64,000 nucleotides of DNA from an uncultured archaeon (GCA_964655455.1 CAZZMN010000006.1:36951-100950), one strand, 5' to 3'; positions 19,169 through 29,994 are shown, counted from the stretch's first letter. Program-made: numbers and translations. Notes: a model not told the origin generated them from the sequence alone.

Positions 19169-21094
19169 TTACGGATTTAATAAAGATTTTATCCTCGATT
19201 TACCCGGTGGCAAAAACTTGGATATCTCATCTGGCGTAGCGATGCTCCTGACGATATGCTTTTCGTCATCCTTCGCTATCTCGATGAGCTTTTTCGCAAC
19301 CTCGACGCTGAACTCGTTGAACTCTTTATCTCCGATCTCGATTTCGACATAGTAGTCGCAGTGCTTCTTTACACCCTCCACGGGTCCACCCAGTAACCTG
19401 AGGTTTTTCAGATCCACGCCGATCGCTGCCCTCAACGAAACGTTTAGATAATTCCTCTTTCCTTCGATGAAAAAGCTACCTTTTTTGAGATACTCACCAG
19501 GTTTTGCCGCTCTCTTAACCTGTTCTGGTAAAACATAATAGACCTCGCCGCTGTACTTACCCTCCTTCCACAAGGAGGAGTAGATGGCGGCAAATTCAGC
19601 AGCCTCTTTTATGCTTTGCTCTCCAGCCTCCTGACCCCTCTTAAGGATGGTAGCTGCACCGCCGGGTGCGGAGGTGTGGAAAAAAAGATCCTGACTTTCA
19701 AGATGCTTTAAAACGATCTCCTCATTCATCTCTGCATTTCTGCCACCGATGACCAAAAAGCCCTCAGAGGTGATATACCAGCGGTATTTTTCAAACCATT
19801 CCCTCTTTCTAACAATTCTTATGCTCTTGAGCATTTTTCTCATTTCAATCTCTTCAACATTCTTAATCTCTTCTTTTGTTTTTTCTATGGCTTTTAATAA
19901 TCCATCAAGCTTTTGTTTAATCTTTTTTGCTTGGTTGTAATAATCCTCGGCAATTTCTGGAAGACTCTTATCGAGACTTATTTTGATGTCCAATCCAGCA
20001 ATTTCAACGACTACAGCGTTTTCCTTTGGGATTATTTCTTTGATCTCCTTTAGATTACCTTTTCTTTTTTGCTCTAAAACTATTCTTTTTATCTCATCCC
20101 AGCTTTTTTTCTCCCTCGCTTTTAAGAAAGCTAATCTAATTTCCTCTAATTTTGTGTAGTTCTCATATATCGCATCGGCAATTCTTTTGTTAAGATTGTA
20201 ATCTCTTTCGAACTCTTCTTTTTTCTCAATTTGCTTTCTTAACCTTTCCTCGAGAGTTTCAATGATTTCACTTTTCTTTTCAGCTTCCTCCACCTTTTTG
20301 CTCTCATTGAATGCGAAAAAGCTGTCTATCGCTTCGTAATATCTATCGAAGTATTTTTTCTCAAAATCCTTGTACTTGATTAGTTCAATGGGCTGGTAGT
20401 CGTAGTATTTTCCGTCTCTTATGACTATGTGCGGTTTTAAGTCATTAAATCGGTAGACCTCTCTTATCGCTTTTAATATCCTTTCAAGCTCCTCATCGCT
20501 TATCTCAGACCCTTTTTTGTTTTTTTCCACGTTCGCCCTTTCGAGTATTTCTTCAGCGTAAAGACCACCAGTTCCAAGCTTTGTTGCTATTATCTTGACG
20601 ATCTCCCGCTCATCTAGTAGATTCTTTAAATCCTTTACGGATAATTCAAGGGGAGTGACACGCTTTTCGGGAAAACTGTATCTTTCACCCACTTTACCCT
20701 TTAGGGGCGTTATAACTCTAAAATTCTCATCAGTTAGGATAACGTTCCCCCTCGAGAATAACTCGGCGATAAGATATTTATTTTCTTCCCTTTCAAACTC
20801 TAACAGAATCACCCTATCGAAATCGTATTGTCTAAGAGAAACAAGTTTTGCCCCTTCTAAATGTTTTCTTAACAACATCGCAAAGGATGATGGATAACGG
20901 GGGCTCTCTTTCGGGAATATTGTCGGATGGAATCTCTTTCCGGCTTCAATTACAAGATCCCATCTGCCTTTCCCCCGTAATTTTATCCTTATCTCGTCTG
21001 GGGGATAGTGATAGATTTTATCAACTCTACTCCCGATTACATCCTTTAACTCATTGATGATTATCGCTATGTCGAGAGATGACATCGATCGCAT
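19169..21094 (-). CDS. NFACT-family ribosome quality control protein (Rqc2/RqcH / FbpA homologue)
   Basis: 641 aa. NFACT-N begins SSLDIAIIINELKD...VDKIYHYPPDEI, followed by a long coiled coil, then the NFACT-R-like FHTSAPGGAATIL. Confidence 0.8.
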   Translation of the reverse strand: MRSMSSLDIAIIINELKDVIGSRVDKIYHYPPDEIRIKLRGKGRWDLVIEAGKRFHPTIFPKESPRYPSSFAMLLRKHLEGAKLVSLRQYDFDRVILLEFEREENKYLIAELFSRGNVILTDENFRVITPLKGKVGERYSFPEKRVTPLELSVKDLKNLLDEREIVKIIATKLGTGGLYAEEILERANVEKNKKGSEISDEELERILKAIREVYRFNDLKPHIVIRDGKYYDYQPIELIKYKDFEKKYFDRYYEAIDSFFAFNESKKVEEAEKKSEIIETLEERLRKQIEKKEEFERDYNLNKRIADAIYENYTKLEEIRLAFLKAREKKSWDEIKRIVLEQKRKGNLKEIKEIIPKENAVVVEIAGLDIKISLDKSLPEIAEDYYNQAKKIKQKLDGLLKAIEKTKEEIKNVEEIEMRKMLKSIRIVRKREWFEKYRWYITSEGFLVIGGRNAEMNEEIVLKHLESQDLFFHTSAPGGAATILKRGQEAGEQSIKEAAEFAAIYSSLWKEGKYSGEVYYVLPEQVKRAAKPGEYLKKGSFFIEGKRNYLNVSLRAAIGVDLKNLRLLGGPVEGVKKHCDYYVEIEIGDKEFNEFSVEVAKKLIEIAKDDEKHIVRSIATPDEISKFLPPGKSRIKSLLNP

Positions 21095-21128
21095 ATAAAA
21101 AACAGTAATAAGCAGATTAAAAAATTTA

Positions 21129-21482
21129 TTAAAATGCGATTAACAGAAGTCCACCGTAGGCTGTCGCTGCCAAGAATAGCAATATCGTTATTGCGTTAAC
21201 TGCTCTCGCATTTTTACCTCCAAAATCTGTGTCGAGGAGAATTGCTCTCAGTCCGTTAAAGGCGTGGAAGGCAACCGCTACCAAGAATATCCAGTAGAAT
21301 GCTCTGATAGTCGGATCACTCAGCCTCAGGACGACCTGTTCGTAACTTAAGGCTTCATGGGATGATAGGTGGGTTATGTAGAGGTGGAATAAAACAAAGC
21401 CTAATAGCAGAAATCCTGTAATCATTTGGAGTATCCATCCGAATGGATCTAAAACGCTTCTTGTGTGCATTGCCATTGCCAA
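21129..21482 (-). CDS. sdhD: succinate dehydrogenase membrane anchor subunit D
   Basis: 117 aa with three TM helices and conserved His residues. It sits immediately downstream of sdhC. Confidence 0.6.
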   Translation of the reverse strand: MAMAMHTRSVLDPFGWILQMITGFLLLGFVLFHLYITHLSSHEALSYEQVVLRLSDPTIRAFYWIFLVAVAFHAFNGLRAILLDTDFGGKNARAVNAITILLFLAATAYGGLLLIAF

Positions 21483-21857
21483 TCACCCCATTACGTAGAT
21501 ATACATCACATACGTGCTCCAAAGCCAGCATATAACTGCCAATGCTGCGAGAATGTATAGCAATGCCCTCCTGTATTCATAGAGTATTCCGAACTCGTTA
21601 AGAACAACTCTAAGTCCGTTAAATGCGTGGTAGAATATCACGAGGAACAGAAGGGAATCTAATGGGAGGGTTTCAGGTCTCACCGTTAGGGAGATAAAGG
21701 CTGTATAGACTTCCTCTCCAAGTCTTATCGATGTCAGGTAAGATAGATGTGCCACCAGATAAATCAAAAGGATAATTCCCGTCAGTCTCTGTAAGGAGAA
21801 CGCTAAGCTTTGGAGGGATACTCCCCTAATTCTGAACCATCCTTTTACTCCAACCAT
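21483..21857 (-). CDS. sdhC: succinate dehydrogenase cytochrome b subunit C
   Basis: 124 aa with three TM helices (QRLTGIILLIYLVAHL). It follows sdhB in the operon. Confidence 0.6.
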   Translation of the reverse strand: MVGVKGWFRIRGVSLQSLAFSLQRLTGIILLIYLVAHLSYLTSIRLGEEVYTAFISLTVRPETLPLDSLLFLVIFYHAFNGLRVVLNEFGILYEYRRALLYILAALAVICWLWSTYVMYIYVMG

Positions 21858-21861
21858 AATT

Positions 21862-22578
21862 TCACCTGAATATCTTCTTTATCATGTATCCGGCAGCCGA
21901 TTTTCTCATTTTCTGCACAGCCTTTGCAGGTTCGATCTTCTTTGGACAGACTTCACTGCACTCTGCGGCAAAGTGACATCTCCAGACTCCGTTCGTTCCA
22001 GAAACTGCTTCGAGCCTCTCGTTCTTGCCTTTATCTCTGCTATCGGCACAGAATCTGTAGGCGGCCGTTATCGTAGCGGGACCCAAATAATCCCCTCTCG
22101 TTGATGCTGCAGGGCACATGGAGTAACAGCTACCACACTTTATGCAAAGCGTGAAGTTGTAGTATTCTTTGAGCTCTTTGGGAGTCTGTAGAAGCTCTAC
22201 CGGCTTTGAATAGAATACGTCATCCCTTATAAGGTATGGCTTGACAGCCTCGTGCTTCTTAAAGAAATCATCGAAGTCGACAATGAGATCTTTTAGGACT
22301 CTCATGTTGTCAAGAGGCTCGATGTCCAGCTTTTTCGCTTTCAGATTTAAGATTTGTGTTTCGCACGCTAGCATTGGCTTTCCGTTTACTCGAACGGCAC
22401 AGCTTCCGCAGATACCCATTCTGCAGGAGGCTCTGAATGCGAGAGACCCGTCTAAGTTCTCTTTGATATAGTATAAGCCTTCGAGCAGTGTCATCCCTCT
22501 CTTGACGGGGACTTTAAATCGTTGCCAGTAGCTATTTATCCCGTTAAATCTTCTGATATTGAATATAACCTCCTCCAT
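21862..22578 (-). CDS. sdhB: succinate dehydrogenase / fumarate reductase iron-sulfur subunit
   Basis: Cys clusters for the 2Fe-2S, 4Fe-4S and 3Fe-4S centres: SCRMGICGSC, CIKCGSCYSMCP and CHFAAECSEVCP. Confidence 0.9.
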   Translation of the reverse strand: MEEVIFNIRRFNGINSYWQRFKVPVKRGMTLLEGLYYIKENLDGSLAFRASCRMGICGSCAVRVNGKPMLACETQILNLKAKKLDIEPLDNMRVLKDLIVDFDDFFKKHEAVKPYLIRDDVFYSKPVELLQTPKELKEYYNFTLCIKCGSCYSMCPAASTRGDYLGPATITAAYRFCADSRDKGKNERLEAVSGTNGVWRCHFAAECSEVCPKKIEPAKAVQKMRKSAAGYMIKKIFR

Positions 22579-22587
22579 ATACTCACC

Positions 22588-24297
22588 TTAATACTTTCTT
22601 TCCACTGGCTCCCATCTTGTGATCGTTACTGGTATGTAATCAAGTTTTGGACCTTCCGGAGTGTAATATGCGAGTGTGTGCTTTAACCAGTTCTTGTCAT
22701 CTCTGTTCGGATAATCAAGTCTGTAGTGAGCACCTCTGCTTTCAGTCCTTGTGTAGGCACCTATAGCAACAACTTCGGCAACATCGAGCATGAATCCGAT
22801 TTCCATGGATTGAAGCAGGTCCGTGTTGAACCCTCTTCTCTTGTCTACGATTTCGATGTTCTTGTATCTCTCCTTTAGTTGTTTAATCTTCTTTATGCCC
22901 TCTTTCATCTCATCTCCTGTTCTGAATATCCAGAAGTGCTTCTCCATTACTTTGTTTAGTTCTCTTTTAATGTCGTAGGGGTTTTCATCTCCACTCCTTC
23001 CAAGGAACTCATCGAAGATTCTCTTCTCTTCAGCTTCGGCTTCTTCTTTTTTTATTTCTTTAAAGTCTGTTTTCAGAGCGAATTCTGCGGCTTGTTCTCC
23101 AGCCACCCTTCCGAATACAAGGCACTCCGCTGTGGAATTCGAGCCTAATCTGTTGGCACCGTGGACGCTCACGCAGGCACATTCTCCGGCTGCGTAGAAT
23201 CCCTTAACGGGTGTCTCGCATTTAACGTTTGTGTGGATCCCGCCCATTGTATAGTGGGCTACGGGTCTGACTGGAATTAGTTCCTCAACGGGATCTACGC
23301 CGACGAACTTCTTTGCGGCCTCTCTGATGAGAGGTAGTCTCTCTTCGATCTTTTCCTCTCCCAAGTGGGTCAGATCTAGAGCTATGTAAGGTCCGTGTTC
23401 ACTCTCAATTCCCCTTCCTTCGAGTATCTCCTGCCACATTGCTCTTGCAACAACGTCACGGGGTGCGAGCTCCATCTTCTGAGGAGCATATTTTTCCATG
23501 AACCTTTCTCCATACTTGTTCCTTAAGTATCCTCCCTCACCTCTGCATGCTTCTGACATTAAGATACCTGAGGGAACCAATCCCGTTGGATGGAACTGGA
23601 TGAATTCCATGTCCTTTAACGGAACTCCGGCTCTGTAGGCTATTGCCAGACCATCGGCGGTAACCTGATGGCTGTACGTTGTGAAACCGTAGAGTCTGCC
23701 AGCGCCACCTGTAGCGAATATCACAGCCTTTGCTTCGAATATTATGAGATCTCCCGTTTTCAGTCGGATTGCGCTAACTCCTTTGATCCTACCGTTTTCA
23801 ATAAAAAGATTTGTAACGAAGTGCTCATCGTATCTCACAATGTTGGGATATATGAGGCTCCTCTCGTAAAGCGTGTGAACTTCGTGGAATCCTGTCCTAT
23901 CGGCAGCAAATACTGTTCTGTTAAAGCTGTGACCTCCAAAAGCTCTCTGAGCAATCTTTCCATCTTCTCTTCTACTCCAAGGACATCCCCAGTTATCTAG
24001 CAACAAGATCTCTTTTGGCATTTCCCTGACGAAGAATTCGACAGCATCTTGATCAGCTAAGAAGTCGGCGCCCTTAACGGTATCCCATGCGTGGAGATCG
24101 AAGCTATCTCCCTCTTCGGGTCTTAAAACGGCTGCAGTTCCCCCTTCGGCGCAGGTGCTGTGACATCTTATCGGGTATGTTTTCGCTATAAGGGCTATGC
24201 TGATTTTTCTGCTCTTTTCGGCTGCGGCGATTGCCGCTCTTAATCCAGCTAGACCTGCTCCAACAATTACTACATCATGTTTAACCTTCTCCACCAT
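22588..24297 (-). CDS. sdhA: succinate dehydrogenase / fumarate reductase flavoprotein subunit
   Basis: VVIVGAGLAGLRAA FAD fold, HSTCAEGG (covalent FAD His context), HPTG, and RGAHYRLDYP. Confidence 0.9.
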   Translation of the reverse strand: MVEKVKHDVVIVGAGLAGLRAAIAAAEKSRKISIALIAKTYPIRCHSTCAEGGTAAVLRPEEGDSFDLHAWDTVKGADFLADQDAVEFFVREMPKEILLLDNWGCPWSRREDGKIAQRAFGGHSFNRTVFAADRTGFHEVHTLYERSLIYPNIVRYDEHFVTNLFIENGRIKGVSAIRLKTGDLIIFEAKAVIFATGGAGRLYGFTTYSHQVTADGLAIAYRAGVPLKDMEFIQFHPTGLVPSGILMSEACRGEGGYLRNKYGERFMEKYAPQKMELAPRDVVARAMWQEILEGRGIESEHGPYIALDLTHLGEEKIEERLPLIREAAKKFVGVDPVEELIPVRPVAHYTMGGIHTNVKCETPVKGFYAAGECACVSVHGANRLGSNSTAECLVFGRVAGEQAAEFALKTDFKEIKKEEAEAEEKRIFDEFLGRSGDENPYDIKRELNKVMEKHFWIFRTGDEMKEGIKKIKQLKERYKNIEIVDKRRGFNTDLLQSMEIGFMLDVAEVVAIGAYTRTESRGAHYRLDYPNRDDKNWLKHTLAYYTPEGPKLDYIPVTITRWEPVERKY

Positions 24298-24300
24298 AAT

Positions 24301-25173
24301 TCATCCCTTTAACTTCATTTTGACAATTTCAGCAACCTCCATAGGTGTTCTGCCAACCTCAACTCCCACCTCGTTTAAAGCTTTAATCTTAGACTCAGCG
24401 GTTCCGCGACCTCCTTCGATTATCGCACCGGCATGACCCATCCTCTTTCCAGGTGGTGCCGTTATTCCCGCAATGTATCCAACAATGGGCTTTGTCATGT
24501 TCTTTTCGATAAACTTAGCGGCTTCTTCCTCGTCAGTTCCACCTATCTCACCGATAAGAACGACGAGATCTGTTTGGTCATCTTCTTCAAACATTTCCAG
24601 AATGTCTATGAATGAGGTTCCTACAATCCTATCGCCACCGATGCCGACAACTGTTGACTGACCGATTCCGAGCCTTGTGAGGTTGTAAGCGATCTGATAC
24701 GTAAGGGTTCCGCTCCTCGATACGATACCGACGTTTCCTTCCTTGAATATCTGGGGCGGCATTATTCCGAGGTGAGATTTTCCAACACTGATTACACCGG
24801 GGCAGTTTGGCCCTATCAGGATTTTACCTGCAGATTTAACCTTCTTATAGGCTTTCAGCTCATCGTAAACTGGGATCCCTTCGGTTATTGCGACAATTAC
24901 TTCAATACCAGCATCTACGGCCTCCATTATTGCATCGGCTGCAAACGGGGCTGGGACAAAAATCACGCTGGCGTTTGCTCCCGTTTTCTCCACAGCCTCG
25001 CTGACACTATCGAATACGGGAACACCCAAGACTTCCATGCCTCCCTTACCAGGGGTAACTCCTCCAACGATTTTTGTTCCGTACGCCAACATCCTTTCGG
25101 TGTGAAATCTGCCCTGAGAACCCGTAATCCCCTGAACTATCGCTTTTGTATTCTCATCAATAATAATAGCCAT
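24301..25173 (-). CDS. sucD: succinyl-CoA synthetase alpha subunit
   Basis: Begins [21 protein letters not shown]. The phosphohistidine context is MGHAGAII. The ATG at 25173 is preceded by GAGGTGAT, which overlaps the sucC stop. Confidence 0.9.
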   Translation of the reverse strand: MAIIIDENTKAIVQGITGSQGRFHTERMLAYGTKIVGGVTPGKGGMEVLGVPVFDSVSEAVEKTGANASVIFVPAPFAADAIMEAVDAGIEVIVAITEGIPVYDELKAYKKVKSAGKILIGPNCPGVISVGKSHLGIMPPQIFKEGNVGIVSRSGTLTYQIAYNLTRLGIGQSTVVGIGGDRIVGTSFIDILEMFEEDDQTDLVVLIGEIGGTDEEEAAKFIEKNMTKPIVGYIAGITAPPGKRMGHAGAIIEGGRGTAESKIKALNEVGVEVGRTPMEVAEIVKMKLKG

Positions 25174-25177
25174 AATA

Positions 25178-26329
25178 TCACCTCGCAAGCTCAACAGCTT
25201 TTTTAGCACCTTCCTCCATAGTTTCAACAATATGGATATTCTTTATGTTGTTCTCTTTTATGAATTCCTTAATAATTCTGCGACCATCCTCCTCGTTAGT
25301 TCCGGCCAGTCTCAGAACGATTGGTATATCCACCTTTACCTCACTGAAGGTCTTTATAAGGCCCTTGGCTACCTCATCACATCTCGTAATTCCACCAAAG
25401 ATGTTCACAAAGATCACTTTTACATTCTTATCCATTAAAACCAAGTTCATTGCTTCCTTCACAACGTCGCTAGTTGCTCCACCGCCCACGTCGCAGAAGT
25501 TTGCCGGCTTTCCACCTTCTAAGTAGATCAAATCCATTGTTGACATGCTCATTCCAGCACCATTGGCAATGACGCCGATATTTCCATCGAGCTTTACGAA
25601 GTTTAGTCCTTTTTCTTCTGCAATTCTCTCGGATTGATCGATTTCCGTATAATCTTTCATATCCTTTAGGTCGGGATGTCTGTATAGAGCGTTGTCATCG
25701 ATATTAAGTCTCGCATCAGCTGCAATAATCTTTCCGTCCTTAGTTACAATCAGGGGATTTATTTCGGTTAATTCAGCTTCGTGATCAATAAGAACCTTAT
25801 AGAGTGCTTTTATTATTCTGCTTACTTCCTTCTGATACTCTTTTGGCATGTTCGATCGATAAAGAACTTCTCTGATCTGATAATCCCATAGCCCGAAGAG
25901 AGGATCCACCGTGACCCTTGCAATCTTATCTGGATGTTTTATGGCGATTTCTTCAATATCCATACCTCCAACACTACTGACAATAAGGGCGAAACCTTTG
26001 TTAGCTCTATCTAATGTGAAACCCACGTACATCTCCCTTTCGATATCGAGTTGCTCCTCAACGTAAATCTTCTCAACTCTGTGGCCTTTGAGTTCCATTC
26101 CAAACATTTTCTTTGCAAGTTCTACAGCCTCTTCAACGCTATCTACTTTTTTAATTCCTCCAGCTTTACCTCTTCCGCCAACGAGAACCTGTGACTTGAG
26201 AACGACTTTGCCACCCAGTTTTTCTGCAATCTCTTTAACTTCATCGGGATTTGTTGCAAGTTCACCTCTTGCGATTGGTATTCCGTACTTTTTAAAAATT
26301 TGCTTTGCCTGATATTCGTGCATTCTCAT
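25178..26329 (-). CDS. sucC: succinyl-CoA synthetase beta subunit
   Basis: [19 protein letters not shown]-grasp N-terminus. AGGTGAT lies 4 nt upstream of ATG AGA ATG, so the start is taken at 26329. Confidence 0.9.
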   Translation of the reverse strand: MRMHEYQAKQIFKKYGIPIARGELATNPDEVKEIAEKLGGKVVLKSQVLVGGRGKAGGIKKVDSVEEAVELAKKMFGMELKGHRVEKIYVEEQLDIEREMYVGFTLDRANKGFALIVSSVGGMDIEEIAIKHPDKIARVTVDPLFGLWDYQIREVLYRSNMPKEYQKEVSRIIKALYKVLIDHEAELTEINPLIVTKDGKIIAADARLNIDDNALYRHPDLKDMKDYTEIDQSERIAEEKGLNFVKLDGNIGVIANGAGMSMSTMDLIYLEGGKPANFCDVGGGATSDVVKEAMNLVLMDKNVKVIFVNIFGGITRCDEVAKGLIKTFSEVKVDIPIVLRLAGTNEEDGRRIIKEFIKENNIKNIHIVETMEEGAKKAVELAR

Positions 26330-26414
26330 GGATATCACCTTCTAATCTTGTCCAAGACTAGCTTATTATTGATGAAAAAAGTTTCTCCTCGGCGGTATTA
26401 ATTGGTACTACTCG

Positions 26415-26645
26415 TTATATCTTTTTGGATAGGCTATTTTTTAACTTTTTTAGCTCCGTTTCACAGAAAACGAATATTTCCTTAGCTTCCTCTTTACTCA
26501 GCTCACCACTAGCGAGATAACTACCTATGTATGGGTAGATGAAATTGTCAAGTTCCCATTGAACTTTTTTATAAGAAAGATTACTTTTTCTTGCTTCTTC
26601 GAAATATCTTTTTAAGATTTCCTTTATCTCTTCTACGATGCTCAT
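26415..26645 (-). CDS. small helical hypothetical protein
   Basis: 76-aa ORF whose start overlaps the upstream peptidase stop by 4 nt. No family was recognised. Confidence 0.35.
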   Translation of the reverse strand: MSIVEEIKEILKRYFEEARKSNLSYKKVQWELDNFIYPYIGSYLASGELSKEEAKEIFVFCETELKKLKNSLSKKI

Positions 26646-27568
26646 AACATCTCGTTTATTTTCAAAATTATATCGGATGTTTTATACAAATCGGATATCT
26701 TAATTTTCTCCCTCTCCGTATGGCAGTCTATGAGGGAGCCGGGACCCCATATCGTTACTTTCCATCCGTTCTTCTTAAGGTTATACGCATCAGTCCACGA
26801 AAGCATTACCGTTTTCTCCTTGACAAATTTTTCAAGTTCTTCAATTCTATCACACTTTATAGGTTCGTAGAATTCTGTGATAGTGTAATCCACTCCTTCA
26901 AATATCCTACAGAAATCATCTCTGTTAATTTCTTTATCGAAGATAAAACTCAATCTTACCTTGCACTCATCAGGGATTCGGTACTCTTCGCTACCACCTC
27001 TGATCATTTGGATAGAGAAGTTTAGCTTTCCTTTTAACTTGTTAGCGAAGTTTATAGCTTCATCTATTGCATTCGTTCCCTTATCCCAGTAGGCACCGTG
27101 AACACTTTTTCCTTTAAATTTTAAGATGACCTCCGCACTACCGAACTGAATTGTCGCAATCTTCAAGTCTGTGGGTTCCATAACAACCGCTCTCCCAGTG
27201 TAGTTTTGCGAGAAATGTTTTGATCCGTTTCCACTCTCCTCTTCATCAACAAAAAACGCGAAATTCAGGTTTAGCTCATCTATCTTGCTGATTGCGCTGA
27301 GAATGGCAGCTATACTTCCTTTTGCATCGCAAACACCAGTTCCGTAAGCGAATTCACCGTCGTATCTGAACTCAGCTTTGATTGGGACTGTATCCATATG
27401 GGTAACAAACCATAAGTCCGAGGATCCTTCTACTATGACGTTTCCAGCTTTATCGATTTTTGAATAGAATCCCAAATCGTCGATTTTTTCCTTTAGGTAA
27501 TCTCTCAATTCATCCTCAAATCCTGAGACAGATTTTATCTCCACGAGCTCCTTCAACAATTGCAACAT
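26642..27568 (-). CDS. M20-family metallopeptidase / deacylase (ArgE/DapE/LysK-like)
   Basis: LVEIKSVSGFE, FVTHMDTVP, VCDAKG and VDEEESGNG are typical M20 metal-ligand contexts. Confidence 0.65.
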   Translation of the reverse strand: MLQLLKELVEIKSVSGFEDELRDYLKEKIDDLGFYSKIDKAGNVIVEGSSDLWFVTHMDTVPIKAEFRYDGEFAYGTGVCDAKGSIAAILSAISKIDELNLNFAFFVDEEESGNGSKHFSQNYTGRAVVMEPTDLKIATIQFGSAEVILKFKGKSVHGAYWDKGTNAIDEAINFANKLKGKLNFSIQMIRGGSEEYRIPDECKVRLSFIFDKEINRDDFCRIFEGVDYTITEFYEPIKCDRIEELEKFVKEKTVMLSWTDAYNLKKNGWKVTIWGPGSLIDCHTEREKIKISDLYKTSDIILKINEML

Positions 27569-27605
27569 TAAACAAATTTTAATCCTTGGATAAAAAAATT
27601 CGTCT

Positions 27606-28061
27606 GTGATAATTAGGAATGTAACCGAGGATGATTTAGATCACTTCGTTAAGGTTTACATTGACGCATATAGAGGCTACGAGGAATATGCGGAAAGGTC
27701 TGTAAGAGATATAAAGCGTTACTTCAAATGGTTATTTAAAAGAGATAAAAACGGTTTCTTTGTTGCAGAAATTCTCGAACCGATTGGTTTTGTTGCATGT
27801 GACACTAACTGGATATGTCCCTTTGAGGGAAAAAGAGTCGCAGAACTCCACGAGCTCTTCATAAAGACCGAATTTAAAGGAAAGGGGATCGGATCCAAGC
27901 TTCTCGAAAGGGCGATACGGTACGGAAGGTCAAAGGGGCTGTCCACCATGGGATTGTGGGTCGGAGAGAAGAACGAACCCGCTAAGAGATTTTACAAAAA
28001 GCACGGATTCATCGAGAAAGGAAGATGGGGAGTCTGGATAAGAATGGTTAGGAAAATTTAG
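27606..28061 (+). CDS. GNAT family N-acetyltransferase
   Basis: 151 aa. LFIKTEFKGKGIGSKLLERAI is the acetyl-CoA binding motif A, and the C-terminal FYKKHGF also fits. GTG start. Confidence 0.75.
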   Translation: MIIRNVTEDDLDHFVKVYIDAYRGYEEYAERSVRDIKRYFKWLFKRDKNGFFVAEILEPIGFVACDTNWICPFEGKRVAELHELFIKTEFKGKGIGSKLLERAIRYGRSKGLSTMGLWVGEKNEPAKRFYKKHGFIEKGRWGVWIRMVRKI

Positions 28062-28122
28062 GATTTAGAATTTTTAAGCCTTGAGAAAATGCAAGCTTAA
28101 AGAGCTCTTGAGTCTTTAACCT

Positions 28123-29292
28123 TTATAATGATTCAACAAATTCGATAATCCTATCAGATGCTTCTTTAAGCTTTTCAATTGAGACTGCATAGGCGCACCT
28201 AATATATCCTTCGCCGCAATCTCCAAATGCATTCCCGGGAACGACAGCGACACTCTTGCTTAAAAGAAGCTTTTCCGCAAACTCCTCGCTACTTAATCCA
28301 GTTTCTGATATGTTTGGAAAGATGTAAAAGGCTCCATCGGGCATCGTAACATCAAAGACATTTCTAAGTCTCTTTACAAAGAAATTCCTTCTTCTAATGT
28401 ATTCGGATCTCATTCTCTCAAGCTCCTCTTCTCCGTTCTTTAAAGCTTCGAGAGCTCCGATCTGAGCTGTGATAGGAGCGCAAAGCATGGAATACTGGTG
28501 GATTTTCAACATTCCGTCAAGGATATCATCGGGTGCTATCGCAAAACCGATCCTTAGTCCCGTCATTGCGAAACCCTTTGAGAATCCGTTCAGGATTATC
28601 GTTCTATCCTCCATTCCGCTGAGAGATGCAATCGATAGGTGCTTGAAATTGTAACTAAGTTCACCGTAGATCTCGTCAGATATAACAACACAATCGAGCT
28701 CAATGACGGCGTCGGCGATCTCTTCGAGTTCCTTCCTCCTGTAGCTAACCCCTGTCGGATTGTTTGGATAGTTTAGAATGAGTGCTTTTATCTTTTGATT
28801 TTTAAATTTTAAGAGCATCTCGTAGGTTAGTTTGAAATCGGGAGTTGTTGGGATTTTTATCACTTCAGCACCACTGATATAGGCGAGAGGTTCGTAGGAG
28901 ACGTAAGTAGGTTCTGGAATTAAAACACGATCACCGGGGTTGATTATTGCTCTGAGAGCCAAATCTATGCCCTCGCTAACTCCCGTTGTTACCAGAACGT
29001 TTTCGTAGGTTGTTTCAACACCGAATTTCTTGTAATATTCGGCTATAGCCTCTCTAAGCTCAAGTAATCCATAATTGGATGTGTAAGATGTGATCCCTCT
29101 CTCAAGGCTGTAGATCATCTCTTCTCTGATTCTCCATGGAACGGGAAAATCTGGCTCACCAACTCCCAAGCTGATGACGTCATCCCTACCTATGATTAGG
29201 TCGAAAAATCTCCTTATCCCCGAGGGTTTCAATTCTTTTACCCTTTTATTTAGAAAGTCACGGGACAATTGCGAGCCTCCTATCTTCTTCAT
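28123..29292 (-). CDS. class I/II PLP-dependent aminotransferase (aspartate aminotransferase-like)
   Basis: LGVGEPDF, NYPNNPTGV, SDEIY and SFSKGFAMTGLRIG (PLP Lys). Confidence 0.85.
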   Translation of the reverse strand: MKKIGGSQLSRDFLNKRVKELKPSGIRRFFDLIIGRDDVISLGVGEPDFPVPWRIREEMIYSLERGITSYTSNYGLLELREAIAEYYKKFGVETTYENVLVTTGVSEGIDLALRAIINPGDRVLIPEPTYVSYEPLAYISGAEVIKIPTTPDFKLTYEMLLKFKNQKIKALILNYPNNPTGVSYRRKELEEIADAVIELDCVVISDEIYGELSYNFKHLSIASLSGMEDRTIILNGFSKGFAMTGLRIGFAIAPDDILDGMLKIHQYSMLCAPITAQIGALEALKNGEEELERMRSEYIRRRNFFVKRLRNVFDVTMPDGAFYIFPNISETGLSSEEFAEKLLLSKSVAVVPGNAFGDCGEGYIRCAYAVSIEKLKEASDRIIEFVESL

Positions 29293-29755
29293 CTTTAAAC
29301 ATCAGAACGCCCTCTTCCTTGTAAGTCCTAAGAAGGAAATGAGTCACTGTATCCCGCACTTCTGGAATCGTCGAGATCTTATCGGCAACGAAGAAAGAAA
29401 TATCCTTGAGAGATTTTCCTTTCACGACCACTTGGAAATCATAATCGCCACTTACAAGTCGAACTGTGTGAACTTCCGGGAATTTTGCGATTCTTTTTGC
29501 GATATCATCGTAACCTTTCTCTCGTGTTAGATTTACGCGGACGTCTATGATGGCGTAAACTTCTTCAGCACCGACTTTTTCCCAATCGATTAGGGTTTTG
29601 TACTTCAGGATCACTCCTTCTTTTTCGAGTTTCTCTATAGTTTTCTCAACTTCCTCTACACTTATGTTGAGCATATCGGCTATTTCCTTATTGGATATTC
29701 GAGCGTTATTCTCAAGAATTTTTAGTATCTCAATTTCGGTATTCAATTTCGTCAC
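29258..29755 (-). CDS. Lrp/AsnC family transcriptional regulator
   Basis: The HTH is ILKILENNARISNKEIADMLNISVEEV, followed by an RAM/ACT-like C-terminal domain. The GTG at 29755 is favoured, though the ORF is open up to 29827. Confidence 0.7.
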   Translation of the reverse strand: MTKLNTEIEILKILENNARISNKEIADMLNISVEEVEKTIEKLEKEGVILKYKTLIDWEKVGAEEVYAIIDVRVNLTREKGYDDIAKRIAKFPEVHTVRLVSGDYDFQVVVKGKSLKDISFFVADKISTIPEVRDTVTHFLLRTYKEEGVLMFKDEEDRRLAIVP

Positions 29756-29888
29756 CGAAATAATGAACGAATTGAAACTTTTAAGCTTTTTCCTGCTCTG
29801 AATAATATATAAGGGGGTTATGTGCACCTGCAGTATTTAAGAAAAAGATTTAAATAAAATCATACTTTGAATAATTGTGGTGATTGGC

Positions 29889-29993
29889 ATGCCGCGAGGT
29901 GACAGATTTGATCAAAAAATTAGACTAAGATATAGGATCTCCGGTCTCATGAGATGGCGATGGAGAAGACGAAAAAGACATGGAAGAAAATAG
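29889..29993 (+). CDS. 34-codon very basic ORF, possible eL41-like ribosomal protein
   Basis: Encodes MPRGDRFDQKIRLRYRISGLMRWRWRRRKRHGRK. GGTGAT lies 5 nt upstream and TTTAAATAAAA about 35 nt upstream. The MRWRWRRRKR tail resembles eukaryotic eL41 MRAKWRKKRMRR. Confidence 0.3.
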   Translation: MPRGDRFDQKIRLRYRISGLMRWRWRRRKRHGRK

Positions 29994-29994
29994 G

